DNA from: Candidatus Krumholzibacteriia bacterium
GTDB lineage: Bacteria > Krumholzibacteriota > Krumholzibacteriia > LZORAL124-64-63
DNA length: 64,000 bases
Reading direction: 5' to 3'
NCBI GenBank assembly: GCA_050174015.1
Contig: JBFXKG010000005.1
Coordinates: 64,001-128,000, forward strand
Positions 1-9,458 of the stretch are shown one piece after another; position 1 is the first letter of the stretch; each line of letters opens with the position of its first letter. The notes under the pieces were generated by a model that was not told where the DNA came from, made no database searches, and saw only the letters and a list, made by a program, of their open reading frames with translations. Made by a program: the position numbers and the translations under genes.

Positions 1-2022
1 GCCTTCTGCGGCGAGAGCAGGACCATCGAACTGGTGGGCGGGCTCGACATCGACTGCACGGTCTTTCCCACTGCTCTGGACTTCGGCACCGTGGGCCTGC
101 CGGATCGCACCGCGGTCCAGGCCGCGACGGTGTACAACCGTGGCGACGTGGCCATGGACGCCACGCCCCGGTTCCTGGCCGACAGCTCGGAATTCACCTG
201 GGAACCGTCCCCTTTCTCGGTGAACATCGATCCGGCGGCGCTGCCGCCCGGTTCCAGTTACACGGTGTGGATCACCTATGCTCCCGTCGACGAATCGCTG
301 GACGTCAGCTCGCTGGTGTTCGGCGACGGCAACTGCGGCGAGGTGAGGCTCGAGGGCAGGGGCGTGTACCTGCCGCCGACCTGCCGCCGCAGCGTGTTGA
401 GCCTCGACTTCGGCCTGGTGCTCATAGATAGCGTCCATCGCAAGAGCTTCACCGTGACCAACGGCGGGGGAGGGGTCCTGGAGGGCGAGGTCAGCCTCGA
501 CGACGCTTCCGGAGCATTCAGCCTCCTGTCGGGGGCGGGACCGTTCGCGCTGGAGTACGGCGACACCGTGACGGTGGAGGTGCAGTTCGCACCCCTGGTC
601 GAGCAATCCTACCAGGCAAGGGTGGAGCTCGGGACTGAGTGCGGCGGAGTCGGGTTGCTCGGCGAGTGCACCGATCCCTACATCGAGTATTCCATCAATC
701 AGTCCACCCTCCAGATCGACTGGGGGGTTCAGCCCTTCACCGTCGGGTCGGTCCCCAGGACGATGCGGATCTACAACCTGGGATCCCTGCCCGTGACCGG
801 GGACATGCAGATCTCCGGGGATGCGGGATTCCATCTGCTGTCGGGAGCCGGTCCCTTCTCGATCCCGCCAGGGGAGAACCGGTCCTGGTCGGTCGGGTGG
901 ACGCCCTCGGTCTTCGGCGTGGAGACGGCCGTCGTTTCAACCGGACTGCCGGGAGGCGAGACCATCGCCTGCCGGGGCTTCGGTGTGGAGGTGTTGCCGG
1001 GGACGGTCAACAAGCTGGGTTTCTACTTCGATCCCGTCTTCGCGACCTCATCGGTCCACGTCGGCCCCGGCACCGAGCTGACCGGTTACCTTGTCATCAA
1101 GAACCCTGTCGCCCCCGTGGACGGCTGGGAAATGGTGCTCACCATGGACGGGACGGCCCAGTTCCTGGACTGGACCTTCGAGGGTGGTGCGACGGGTGAT
1201 CTGGGCCCGGGCCCCTTCAGGGTCCAGCTGGCCGAACCGCTGCCCGTGAGCAGCGCCGTGCTGCTGGCGACGGCCCGCATCCTGGTGCCCGACGCCCTGG
1301 ACTCCAGGATCGACGTATCCTATCCGCCCGATCCGGTCGTACCGGGGTACGCTTCGTACGCCGACGGGGCCGATCCCGGCAACCACCTGCCCCTGGGGTA
1401 CTACCTGTCGAGCAGGACCCTGGCCTCGATCAATGAATCCTCCCTGGCGGTCGATGCTCCATCCACGCCGACGGCGAGGACCAGCGGAGGCGAGGTGGCC
1501 CTGGAATGGTATTGCGGAGACGACCCGGCGGAGGGTTACCATGTCTGGCGGCGCGTGGGAGAGGGGGAATTCAGCCGTCTGACGGTTGCGCCCGTCTCCT
1601 GCACCGACGGGTTCGGATCCTACGTCGACAGGCCGGAGGCGAATACCGGAACGATCCTTTCCTACGCCCTGTCGGCCGTCCGTGGCGGCCGGGAATCGGC
1701 CCTGAGCGTGGCTGCGGAAGTCCGGTTCGCCGGCGGTCCACCCCAGCGGGCCCGGCTGCTCGCCAGCTACCCCAACCCCTTCAATCCGCAGACGACGGTG
1801 CCGTTCATCATGGGCGAACCTGGTCACGCGCGGCTGGCGGTCTACGACCTGGCCGGGCGGCTGGTCATGGTGATGCTGGACGAGGACGTACCGGCCGGGT
1901 TGAACGAAAGGGTGTGGCTCGGCCGTGACGGCAGAGGGCGCCCGGTGCCCAGCGGGGTGTACTATCTGCGCCTTGATGCCGGTGGTCGCGTCGACATGGG
2001 CAAGACCATGTTGCTCAAGTAG
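1..2022 (+). CDS. Secreted surface protein with repeated Ig-like (choice-of-anchor D/ASH-like) domains and C-terminal FlgD-Ig/T9SS-like domain; 5' partial
   Basis: The frame is open from base 1. It has repeated 'LDFG..V.N.G' Ig-like units and a C-terminus 'SYPNPFNPQTTVPF...VYDLAGRLV...W.GRD..G..VPSGVYYLRL...K.MLLK'. Confidence 0.8.
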   Translation, partial: AFCGESRTIELVGGLDIDCTVFPTALDFGTVGLPDRTAVQAATVYNRGDVAMDATPRFLADSSEFTWEPSPFSVNIDPAALPPGSSYTVWITYAPVDESLDVSSLVFGDGNCGEVRLEGRGVYLPPTCRRSVLSLDFGLVLIDSVHRKSFTVTNGGGGVLEGEVSLDDASGAFSLLSGAGPFALEYGDTVTVEVQFAPLVEQSYQARVELGTECGGVGLLGECTDPYIEYSINQSTLQIDWGVQPFTVGSVPRTMRIYNLGSLPVTGDMQISGDAGFHLLSGAGPFSIPPGENRSWSVGWTPSVFGVETAVVSTGLPGGETIACRGFGVEVLPGTVNKLGFYFDPVFATSSVHVGPGTELTGYLVIKNPVAPVDGWEMVLTMDGTAQFLDWTFEGGATGDLGPGPFRVQLAEPLPVSSAVLLATARILVPDALDSRIDVSYPPDPVVPGYASYADGADPGNHLPLGYYLSSRTLASINESSLAVDAPSTPTARTSGGEVALEWYCGDDPAEGYHVWRRVGEGEFSRLTVAPVSCTDGFGSYVDRPEANTGTILSYALSAVRGGRESALSVAAEVRFAGGPPQRARLLASYPNPFNPQTTVPFIMGEPGHARLAVYDLAGRLVMVMLDEDVPAGLNERVWLGRDGRGRPVPSGVYYLRLDAGGRVDMGKTMLLK

Positions 2023-2032
2023 CTTCTTCGAT

Positions 2033-2062
2033 AAAAAAAGGGGCCCCGAAAGGGGCCCTTTT
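2033..2062. terminator. Bidirectional rho-independent terminator
   Basis: A7-G-GGGCCCC-GAAA-GGGGCCC-T4 between convergent genes. Confidence 0.85.
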
Positions 2063-2077
2063 CCGTGCGGATCAGTC

Positions 2078-3319
2078 TCACGGCATGGCGTACATCACCA
2101 CTTCCAGCGGTTCGGCTTCCGCCTCCGGATCCTCCTCCTCTTCGCCCTCCCTGAACCCCGCCATCATGGCGTTCCGAGCCGACTCCACGTCCTTCAGGTG
2201 CATGAAGTGGGTCCCGTCCAGAAACACGAGGTTGTCGTATTCGGGATCGAAGTCGGGGACGCGCAGGGTCAACTCCTCGATGAACGCGCCCTCGGGGGAG
2301 ATCACGTCGTAACGCGCCCCGCAGCCCTCGGGCAGCTCGGATCTGCGGTCGAAGCAGTTGGTGACGAAGAGACGCCCATCGTCGGCCACGTCCAGCCCCA
2401 TGACGGCCGGGTCGTGATCCAGGGTCTTGCTCTCGATCTCCTGGCGCCGGCCGTTGATGACGATCACCATGCCGTCGGTCAGCTGCTGGCGGTCCTCCTC
2501 GTCGCGCTTGCGGGGGGAGAACTCGCGGCGCAGGGTGTGCAGAAGGGCGCCGTCGAGGCTGCGGGCGTTGATGGCGTAGGCATCCCGCTCCGGCGTGCTG
2601 TAGACGACACCCTGGGGGCTGACCGCCCACTGGTCCTGCTCGCTGAAGTTGGCGGCCTCGTCGAAGACCCGCCGCTGGAGGTCGTTTTCCTGTTCATGGC
2701 GGGCGATCTCGGCGATTTCCTTGCCCTCGAGGTCCATCACCGACAGGGTGGAGACGGTGCGGGACTTCCCCGAATCCATGTCGAACGTGCCGCGGCCGGT
2801 GGTGCCGATCAGCTTGCCGTCCACCAGGGCCAGCTCGCGGACGAAGTTGAAGCCGCCCTCGCTGGCCTCGCCGATGGTGATCTCGCCGCCGGGCGTGCCG
2901 TCGCGGTTCAGCAGGGTCACCCGGCCGGGGAAGCCCTGGATGACGGCGATCTGGCCGGTGTCCATCATCAGCAGTGCATGAGGCCGGTTCAACTCGCCGG
3001 GGCCCTCGCCCTGGCGGCCCAGGGTGTCGATCCACTCGCCTTCCGGCGAGATGACCAGGACCTGGCTGAGCTGGCGGTCGAGCAGGTAGGTGTTGCCGTC
3101 TTCGTCCATCACGGCGGTCTGGACCAGGCCCAGCAGGACGTCCTCGTCGCTCTCGCCGCCCACCCGCCACTGCTCGACCAGGTCGACGGTGCGGCTGGCC
3201 GGCGGCGATGCAGGCAGCTGGATGTCAGCGGCCGCCAGCGAGCCGGCAGCCAGGGGCAGAAGCAGGATTGCACCAAGGATGGGGCGCAGGACAGTGGTCC
3301 CCGGATGGGGCAATGGCAT
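2078..3319 (-). CDS. Secreted 6-bladed beta-propeller (NHL-like) protein
   Basis: Signal peptide and the motif 'DEDGNTYLLD...LGRQGEGPGELNRP'. Confidence 0.75.
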   Translation of the reverse strand: MPLPHPGTTVLRPILGAILLLPLAAGSLAAADIQLPASPPASRTVDLVEQWRVGGESDEDVLLGLVQTAVMDEDGNTYLLDRQLSQVLVISPEGEWIDTLGRQGEGPGELNRPHALLMMDTGQIAVIQGFPGRVTLLNRDGTPGGEITIGEASEGGFNFVRELALVDGKLIGTTGRGTFDMDSGKSRTVSTLSVMDLEGKEIAEIARHEQENDLQRRVFDEAANFSEQDQWAVSPQGVVYSTPERDAYAINARSLDGALLHTLRREFSPRKRDEEDRQQLTDGMVIVINGRRQEIESKTLDHDPAVMGLDVADDGRLFVTNCFDRRSELPEGCGARYDVISPEGAFIEELTLRVPDFDPEYDNLVFLDGTHFMHLKDVESARNAMMAGFREGEEEEDPEAEAEPLEVVMYAMP

Positions 3320-3455
3320 GGAAATCACGAGGGTTCTCCCGGATTCAGGGGTTCGCGGCCGGTCGGGGGAACGACCAGTGCATGAAGATACGGGCCGCCC
3401 CCGCGCGAGGCGACCCGTTTATTACCCGAATCAGGGGGGGAAGTTCCATCCCCGC

Positions 3456-4253
3456 TCAGAAACCGACCCCGCAGGTGACGCCGAAGTACAGGGCGTCCTT
3501 GTCGCCGCCCCCCGCGTCCACCAGATCACCCGCGTCACCCATCAAGGTGCTGAAAAACACGGCGGGGGTGATCGTCAGCATGGGCACCGGGTGGTAGGGT
3601 AGGCGAACCGACAGGGTCAAGTCGGTCAGGCCGGCCCCCGAGACGCCCAGGAAGCCGTCGTCGTCGCCATCGACCGGGACCATGCCGAAGTAGGCGTTCT
3701 GATAGTCCTTGGTGCCGTAACCCAGGTTCATCGCCAGGTCCAGGTTGGCCACCGGGCTCATGGGCACGCCGTGGCTGGCCCCGATGGCGATGTAGGCGGC
3801 GTCCACCTCGTCGAAATCGTAGTAGACGGCCAGGGACGGGGAGAGCAGCACGTTGGCGCTCGCCGAGGCGAAGATCTCGGTGGTGCTGTCGAAACCGGTG
3901 TTGGGGAAGGTGTAGTGAATGAACCCGGCGTTCAGGCTCACCATGGGCAAAGACAGCCCATAGGTCAGGGTGTAGTCGATCTCGTTGAACTTGCCCTTGA
4001 ACTCGTCGGGGTCCTCGGCGGACCCATTGACGTCGGTGAGGTCGATGTTCCCCCAGAACGATGCCCCGAAGCCGGCCACGCTCACCCCGGCGGCAGGTTG
4101 CAGGACCGGATCGTCGGTGACGACCATGCCTCGCCAGACGTACTTGCTGAACAGACCAAGCTCGGCCGAGGCGTCCAGGGGGCCGAGGGCGAGCACCGGG
4201 GCGGTGGCCAGGATGATCAGGCAGGCGGTCAGGATGACGAGAATGGGTTTCAT
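3456..4253 (-). CDS. Outer-membrane beta-barrel (TorF/TIGR02001-like putative porin)
   Basis: Start MKPILVIL after an AAGGAG RBS; 'SKYVWRG...PVLQP', 'EIDYTLTY', C-terminal F. Confidence 0.7.
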   Translation of the reverse strand: MKPILVILTACLIILATAPVLALGPLDASAELGLFSKYVWRGMVVTDDPVLQPAAGVSVAGFGASFWGNIDLTDVNGSAEDPDEFKGKFNEIDYTLTYGLSLPMVSLNAGFIHYTFPNTGFDSTTEIFASASANVLLSPSLAVYYDFDEVDAAYIAIGASHGVPMSPVANLDLAMNLGYGTKDYQNAYFGMVPVDGDDDGFLGVSGAGLTDLTLSVRLPYHPVPMLTITPAVFFSTLMGDAGDLVDAGGGDKDALYFGVTCGVGF

Positions 4254-4447
4254 GGCGACGAGCTCCTTGCTGACCGGCCGACGCCGGCGGGTTCCTTCCC
4301 GGTCGATGGGGGTCGAGGGTGCGTGGCAATGATCCGGGGGGGGGCGGGACCGCGTCAAGAATTATCGAAATCCCTCAAGATTTCCCCCCGGCGGACGAAA
4401 CCAATCCCAGGAAGCACAGGACCGCCGCGTAACGGGAGGAAACCGCC

Positions 4448-4816
4448 TTGAGCATCGACCTTACTCTGCCCGGACCCGATCTGCCCGTCGTCGATTCGGA
4501 GCGCCTGCTGGCGGAATTCGGCGGTTGCGAGGAGATCCTCAACGAGCTGCGGGACCTCTTCCTCGAGCATGCGCCCCCCATGTACGATTCGATCCTGTCC
4601 GCCCTGGCCTCCGGCGACGCCGGGACCTTGGCGAAGGACGCCCACAGCTTCAAGGGCGCCTGCGCCACTTACGGGGCGCCGCGCCTGTGCCAGGTCTGCA
4701 AGATCTTCGAGCTGAGCGCCAAGGCCGGCGATCTCGAATCTCTCAAGCCTCTTGTGGAGAACTTCAAGCAGGAATACGAGGCCGTTTGCCGAGAACTCGG
4801 CAAGGTCGCGGTCTAG
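4448..4816 (+). CDS. Stand-alone Hpt (histidine phosphotransfer) protein
   Basis: 'AHSFKGACATYGA' Hpt motif; GGAGG RBS before a TTG start. Confidence 0.85.
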   Translation: MSIDLTLPGPDLPVVDSERLLAEFGGCEEILNELRDLFLEHAPPMYDSILSALASGDAGTLAKDAHSFKGACATYGAPRLCQVCKIFELSAKAGDLESLKPLVENFKQEYEAVCRELGKVAV

Positions 4817-4889
4817 CGCGCGTCCTGCAGCATCGATACCGTCAGGAGAGGCGGTGGCCCCGGGCCGGAAGGTCCGGGGCCGCATCATG

Positions 4890-5786
4890 TCAGGGAAGAT
4901 CGTCTTCGCCGGTGGTGTCGCCGTCCGGGATCCCCTCGAAGCGAGGCGCACCCGTGGTCTTGAGGATCCGGCGGCACAGGATGTGATAGATGTGCATCTC
5001 CCAGTTCACGATCCCCGCCCTCATGTGCAGTTGCCGCAGGTAGGTCAGAAACTTCAGCCGCTCCTGGTCGCTGTAGCCGACCGCGCTCATCGCGTGGGCC
5101 AGGTGGCCGTACATGTTGTCCAGCTCGGTCTGGGTCGGCAGCCGGGTGGTGCGGTGGGGATGCCGCACCCGCATCTCGGGCCGGCGGACGCCGGGACCCC
5201 GGGGCTCGTGCGCGCCCTGGGGCTTGCGGACGCGGCCCTGGGCGGGGTCCACCCCGCCGGCGGCGCGCCAGGCCTGGCGGATCTCCCAGCCGTACAGCAT
5301 CACCGCCTGGGCCAGATTCAGCGACGGCTGTTCCGGCGCGGTGTCGACCGAGGACAGGTAGCGGCAGATGTCGACCTCGTCGTTGGTCAGGCCGGTGCGC
5401 TCGGTCCCGAACATGAGGGCGACCTTGCCGGTGCGGGCATGGTCGACGATGTGGTCGGCCAGGTTGCCGGGATCCAGCAGGGCGTCCTTGCGCAGCTGGC
5501 GCGGCCTGGCCGTGGTGCCGCAGACCACGGTGCAGTCGCCGACGGCCTCCATCAGGTCGTCCACCACCAGGGCGTTCTCGAGGATGTCCTCGGCGCCGTG
5601 GGCCAGGGCCCGGGCGCTGCGCCCCCCGGGGTTCAGGGGCGAGATCAACCGCAGGTGCTTCAGCCCCATGGTCTTCATGGCCCGGCAGGCGGCGCCGATG
5701 TTCATGGGCTCGGTGGTGCGGCTCAGGACCACGACGACGTTGTCGAGGTCGGGGGCGCCGGGGGCGGCAAGGTCGGCATCGGTCAT
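4890..5786 (-). CDS. trmJ: TrmJ/LasT-family SPOUT RNA methyltransferase
   Basis: 'NIGAACRAMKTMG', 'ALMFGTERTGLTN', 'SLNLAQAV'. Confidence 0.8.
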   Translation of the reverse strand: MTDADLAAPGAPDLDNVVVVLSRTTEPMNIGAACRAMKTMGLKHLRLISPLNPGGRSARALAHGAEDILENALVVDDLMEAVGDCTVVCGTTARPRQLRKDALLDPGNLADHIVDHARTGKVALMFGTERTGLTNDEVDICRYLSSVDTAPEQPSLNLAQAVMLYGWEIRQAWRAAGGVDPAQGRVRKPQGAHEPRGPGVRRPEMRVRHPHRTTRLPTQTELDNMYGHLAHAMSAVGYSDQERLKFLTYLRQLHMRAGIVNWEMHIYHILCRRILKTTGAPRFEGIPDGDTTGEDDLP

Positions 5787-5920
5787 GGACGGATCCTCGG
5801 GGGAAGGGGCTGCCGGGTGTGATCGCCCCAAGAATAGGGGGAGGGACGGGGGATGTAAACCGGGCCGCGGGACGGGATGCTGTTCAAGCATCGCCAAGCC
5901 AAGGAACACCCCCTCTCGAT

Positions 5921-6007
5921 GCCGGTGTGGTCGGAACCCTGAAACGGGAGTGTCTCGATCATGTGATCGTCTTCAACCAGGATCACCTGCGCCGCAGCCT
6001 GATGGAG
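5921..6007 (+). pseudogene. Remnant of an integrase-core (rve-type) transposase
   Basis: Translates as 'GVVGTLKRECLDHVIVFNQDHLRRSLME', the typical segment after the catalytic E of rve-type IS transposases. The rest of the gene is absent. Confidence 0.65.
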
Positions 6008-6286
6008 AAACCCCGGGGCTGTCGGCGCCAGAGAAGCAGGATCGATCTATCCAACAACTCCCAAACAGCACTGAAAACCGGGATTGAAGGCTGTTTGCGG
6101 GGATGTAGGTCCCCCGGGGGTTTTGGATATCATTATCAGAAAACAGGAAGGCGACCGAGCCCAGATAACGCCCTTTCGGCGCAGATGGGGTTTTGACTCG
6201 GGACACCTTGGGTGCTTGCCGGGCCCATTCGACAGGCGTTAGAATCATGGCTGTATTCAAGACCCCTATGATACCGGAGGATAACA

Positions 6287-7738
6287 ATGATCCAGACCAA
6301 CCGTTGGCTGACCGGCCTGGTAATCCTGGCGGCGCTGCTCACGCTCGTTTCGTGCTCCGACGATGATCCGGTGACACCGACTCCGGAGCCGACCGGATCG
6401 TCCCTTCCCTTCCCGGATTCGCCCGAGCAGTTGATGGCCAACTTCGTGGCCGCCTACGAAGCCATGGATGCCGAGGAGATCGGATACCTTCTCGCGCCGG
6501 AATTCCAGCTGTTCCTCAAGGACGCCACCGTGGGGGACTTCCCGGTCCTGGGTCCCACCCTCGATCGCGACGAAATGGCCGTGTTTCACGATCGGATGTT
6601 CGCTGGAGAGTCCGGCCGTGATGCCCTGGGCAACCTCACCAATCCGATCTCTTCCATCGAACTGATGGAGCCGGTCCAGTTGACCGATTGGGGGCCCACG
6701 CTTTCGGGGGATCACCTGCAAGGCGTCCCCTCCGCGCTTTTCGAGGTTTTCCTGTACTTCCTCCGGGCGGGCGACAAGACCCTGCAGGTCCAGGGGCAGA
6801 TCCGGTTCTTCCTGTCGGAACAGGATTCCCTGCACCAGGGCGTCGTGCGCCCGTGCTTCCGGCTGGCGGGCCTGGCGGACTTCACCGAATCCACCAAGGC
6901 TGATGAGACCGTGGCTTACGGGAGCGTCCTGGCCCTGTTCCGGCCGGAATATTCGACCGGAGGGGTCGTCGTCCAATGTCGGCCCAGCGGGATGTCGGCT
7001 GCCTGGACCCTCACCGGCCCCGAGGGCTACTTCGCCCAGGGCGAGGGCGATGCAGTGATCCCGGATCTCGATCCCGGTTCCTACACGATTTCCTGGGAGG
7101 AACGTGACGGCTGGGCGGGACCGGGCGGCCGCACGGGGAACCTGGAGGCCGACCGCGCCCTGACCTTCACCGGGACCTACCAGGAACGCTGGCCGTTCCC
7201 CGATTCTCCCGCCCAGCTGATGGCCAACTTCCGGACAGCCTACGAGACCAAGGATCACGCCCTGTATCGGAACCTGCTCGATCCGGATTTCCTGATGTTC
7301 CTGAAGGAGTCCACCATTTTCGATTTTCCTGAACTGGGAAGCACCCTCGATGCCGCCGAGGAGTTCGGCATCCACGAGGCCATGTTCGCGGGTTCGGCTG
7401 GCCGGGACGCCTACGGCAACCTCACCAACCCCGTCAGTTCCATCTCGATGGGCTCTCTGGTGCAGATGACGGACTGGACGGTCAACCCGCCGACCGATCC
7501 CATCCCCGGCGGGAAGAGCGCGTTGTTCGATCTGGCCATCGACTTCAACCGGGCGGGGGACAAGACCCTCCAGGTTCGCGGCCAGGCCAGGTTCACGGTC
7601 GTCGCCGCCGATTCCCTGCATCTGGGAACCCTCCGTCCCCACTACCGGATGTTGGGGCAATGGGACTTCACCGCCGAGGATCTCCTCAAGGATGCAGGAG
7701 GCTCGAGCTTCGGGTCGGTCAAGGCCCTGTGGCGGTAG
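6287..7738 (+). CDS. Lipoprotein with two ~180-aa internal repeats flanking an Ig-like module
   Basis: Lipobox LVSC and GGAGG RBS. Repeats begin 'PFPDSP.QLMANF..AYE' at 6407 and 7193. Confidence 0.75.
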   Translation: MIQTNRWLTGLVILAALLTLVSCSDDDPVTPTPEPTGSSLPFPDSPEQLMANFVAAYEAMDAEEIGYLLAPEFQLFLKDATVGDFPVLGPTLDRDEMAVFHDRMFAGESGRDALGNLTNPISSIELMEPVQLTDWGPTLSGDHLQGVPSALFEVFLYFLRAGDKTLQVQGQIRFFLSEQDSLHQGVVRPCFRLAGLADFTESTKADETVAYGSVLALFRPEYSTGGVVVQCRPSGMSAAWTLTGPEGYFAQGEGDAVIPDLDPGSYTISWEERDGWAGPGGRTGNLEADRALTFTGTYQERWPFPDSPAQLMANFRTAYETKDHALYRNLLDPDFLMFLKESTIFDFPELGSTLDAAEEFGIHEAMFAGSAGRDAYGNLTNPVSSISMGSLVQMTDWTVNPPTDPIPGGKSALFDLAIDFNRAGDKTLQVRGQARFTVVAADSLHLGTLRPHYRMLGQWDFTAEDLLKDAGGSSFGSVKALWR

Positions 7739-9098
7739 GTCCGGTCGCCGGTCGCGAACCGAAACGCAGGTGGCCGGCCAGCCACTCGCCCAGCCAGGCG
7801 GGGTCGGTCGGCCCGGTCTCGGTGAAGAGTTCCGGCGGGTAGATCGACGGCATGATCTCCTGGTACTTGTCGTGGACCACGAATCCCACCGGGGCCAGCG
7901 TCTCATCGAGGTTCAGGGTTCCCAGGGGGAATCCCACGGGGCCCACGTCGAGGGAGAAGCGGGAACGGCCGCCCTCGCCGGCGAAGTGCCGGATGCTGTA
8001 GGCGTGCAGCCTGCGGGCCTCGAGGGGAACCATGTAGGGGGCGGGAAAGTTCGGCAGGACCAGCCGCACCAGGGCCGAATCCGGCTCGCTCGATTCCGGA
8101 TGGGCCAGGGAATCCACGGATGCGCCCCGGAAGTGGTCGGCGTCCAGGATGACCACGGTGGCCCCTTCGTAGCAACGGGCGTTGTTCGTCCCCGACACGA
8201 CGAGTTCGTTGGCCCCGTCCCCGTCGAGATCCACGATCAGGTGGTCGTTGAAGTGGCCGTGATTGGCGTACTGGCCGAGCAACTTGCCGTCCCGGTCGAA
8301 GCGGCACAGGATGTAGGGATAGTTGTTGGAATGGAGGAAGCCCGCCAGGAGATCCGGCGTCTCTCCGCCGAAATCCAGGGGAATCAGCCAGTTCCCCAGG
8401 ATGTTGCCGCCGGCGAAGACGTCGGCCCCGAAGGCCGCCTCGACGGCGCCGAGGTCGGGTCGAGCCGTCCACAGGACCTTGCCTCCGGACCGGTCGCGGG
8501 CCTCGATGACTTCCCCGCGAGGGGTCTTGGCCAGGAAGTTGACGATCAGCACCTGGTCCGACCAGGGCGCCGGGATGCACTTGTGGACCTCGGAATCCGC
8601 CCCGATACCCCACAGGCGGGTGCCGAACACGGCATCCCGGACCACCAGTTCGTTGCCCTGGACCGACCACTCGGCGTGGCTGCAGGCCCACCGCCATCCC
8701 GCAAAACCGGCGATGCCCAGCAGGATGAGGACCGATCCGAACAGGATCGTGGCCAGGCGGCGGCGCGAGGGCGCGGGGGCCGCCACCTTGGCGAGGCCGT
8801 TCGCGGCTCCGGCCGGAATGTCGCGGCGGGGGATCTCTTCCCCTTGCCCCTCGGACCCGCCGTTGGGAATCCCCGTGAGTTCCGCCAGCGGGACGTCCAG
8901 GGCCTGGGCCAGGAGCATGAGGGTCTTCTCCATGACCCGCTTGCGCTTGCCCAGTTCCAGGTCGTGGACCGTGCGGTAGGAAAGGCCGGCCTTGTCGCCG
9001 AGATCGGCCTGGGTGAGGTGACGTTCCTCCCGCAGATCGCGCAGACGGCGGGGAAAGTCCAGACCGCGAAGATCAACATTTTGTGAATAGTTTTTCAT
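7719..9098 (-). CDS. XRE-family HTH regulator with one TM helix and an extracytoplasmic FG-GAP-like domain
   Basis: N-terminal 'LRDLREERHLTQADLGDKAGLSYRTVHDLELG', TM 'LATILFGSVLILLGIAGF', and 'DLDGDGANELVV'. Confidence 0.75.
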   Translation of the reverse strand: MKNYSQNVDLRGLDFPRRLRDLREERHLTQADLGDKAGLSYRTVHDLELGKRKRVMEKTLMLLAQALDVPLAELTGIPNGGSEGQGEEIPRRDIPAGAANGLAKVAAPAPSRRRLATILFGSVLILLGIAGFAGWRWACSHAEWSVQGNELVVRDAVFGTRLWGIGADSEVHKCIPAPWSDQVLIVNFLAKTPRGEVIEARDRSGGKVLWTARPDLGAVEAAFGADVFAGGNILGNWLIPLDFGGETPDLLAGFLHSNNYPYILCRFDRDGKLLGQYANHGHFNDHLIVDLDGDGANELVVSGTNNARCYEGATVVILDADHFRGASVDSLAHPESSEPDSALVRLVLPNFPAPYMVPLEARRLHAYSIRHFAGEGGRSRFSLDVGPVGFPLGTLNLDETLAPVGFVVHDKYQEIMPSIYPPELFTETGPTDPAWLGEWLAGHLRFGSRPATGPTATGP

Positions 9099-9458
9099 TG
9101 TTGTCGTATCGTTTGCCGGCGCAAGGCCGTTCTTATCAGTTCATCGAGTTTTCCGGCATCCTGATCCCGGTGATGTCGAAGCAGGAATCGCCATATATTA
9201 CCGTTAATTCCAGGCGTTTCAACTCATTTCAAGTCGCTTCCCTTGCAGTGGGGGAGCGGTTTGTCCAAAATGATAGCATCTCTGCAAAGGGTGCGCGGAT
9301 TGGATGTCATGGAAGCCACCCCGCCGCAATAAGTGCTTGGGCGAGGCGCTTGGTGGGGTGGCTTCCTGCTGTCCGGATGGGGATTTTCCTTCTTTCCCTC
9401 ACCTTGAATTGTCCGTATTAATACGTTTGCAGCCAACCTACCCCTTCAGGAGGCACGC

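Noticed and set aside
5819..6196. Intact insertion sequence
   Set aside because: Only about 29 codons resemble a transposase. I found no full DDE domain or terminal repeats.
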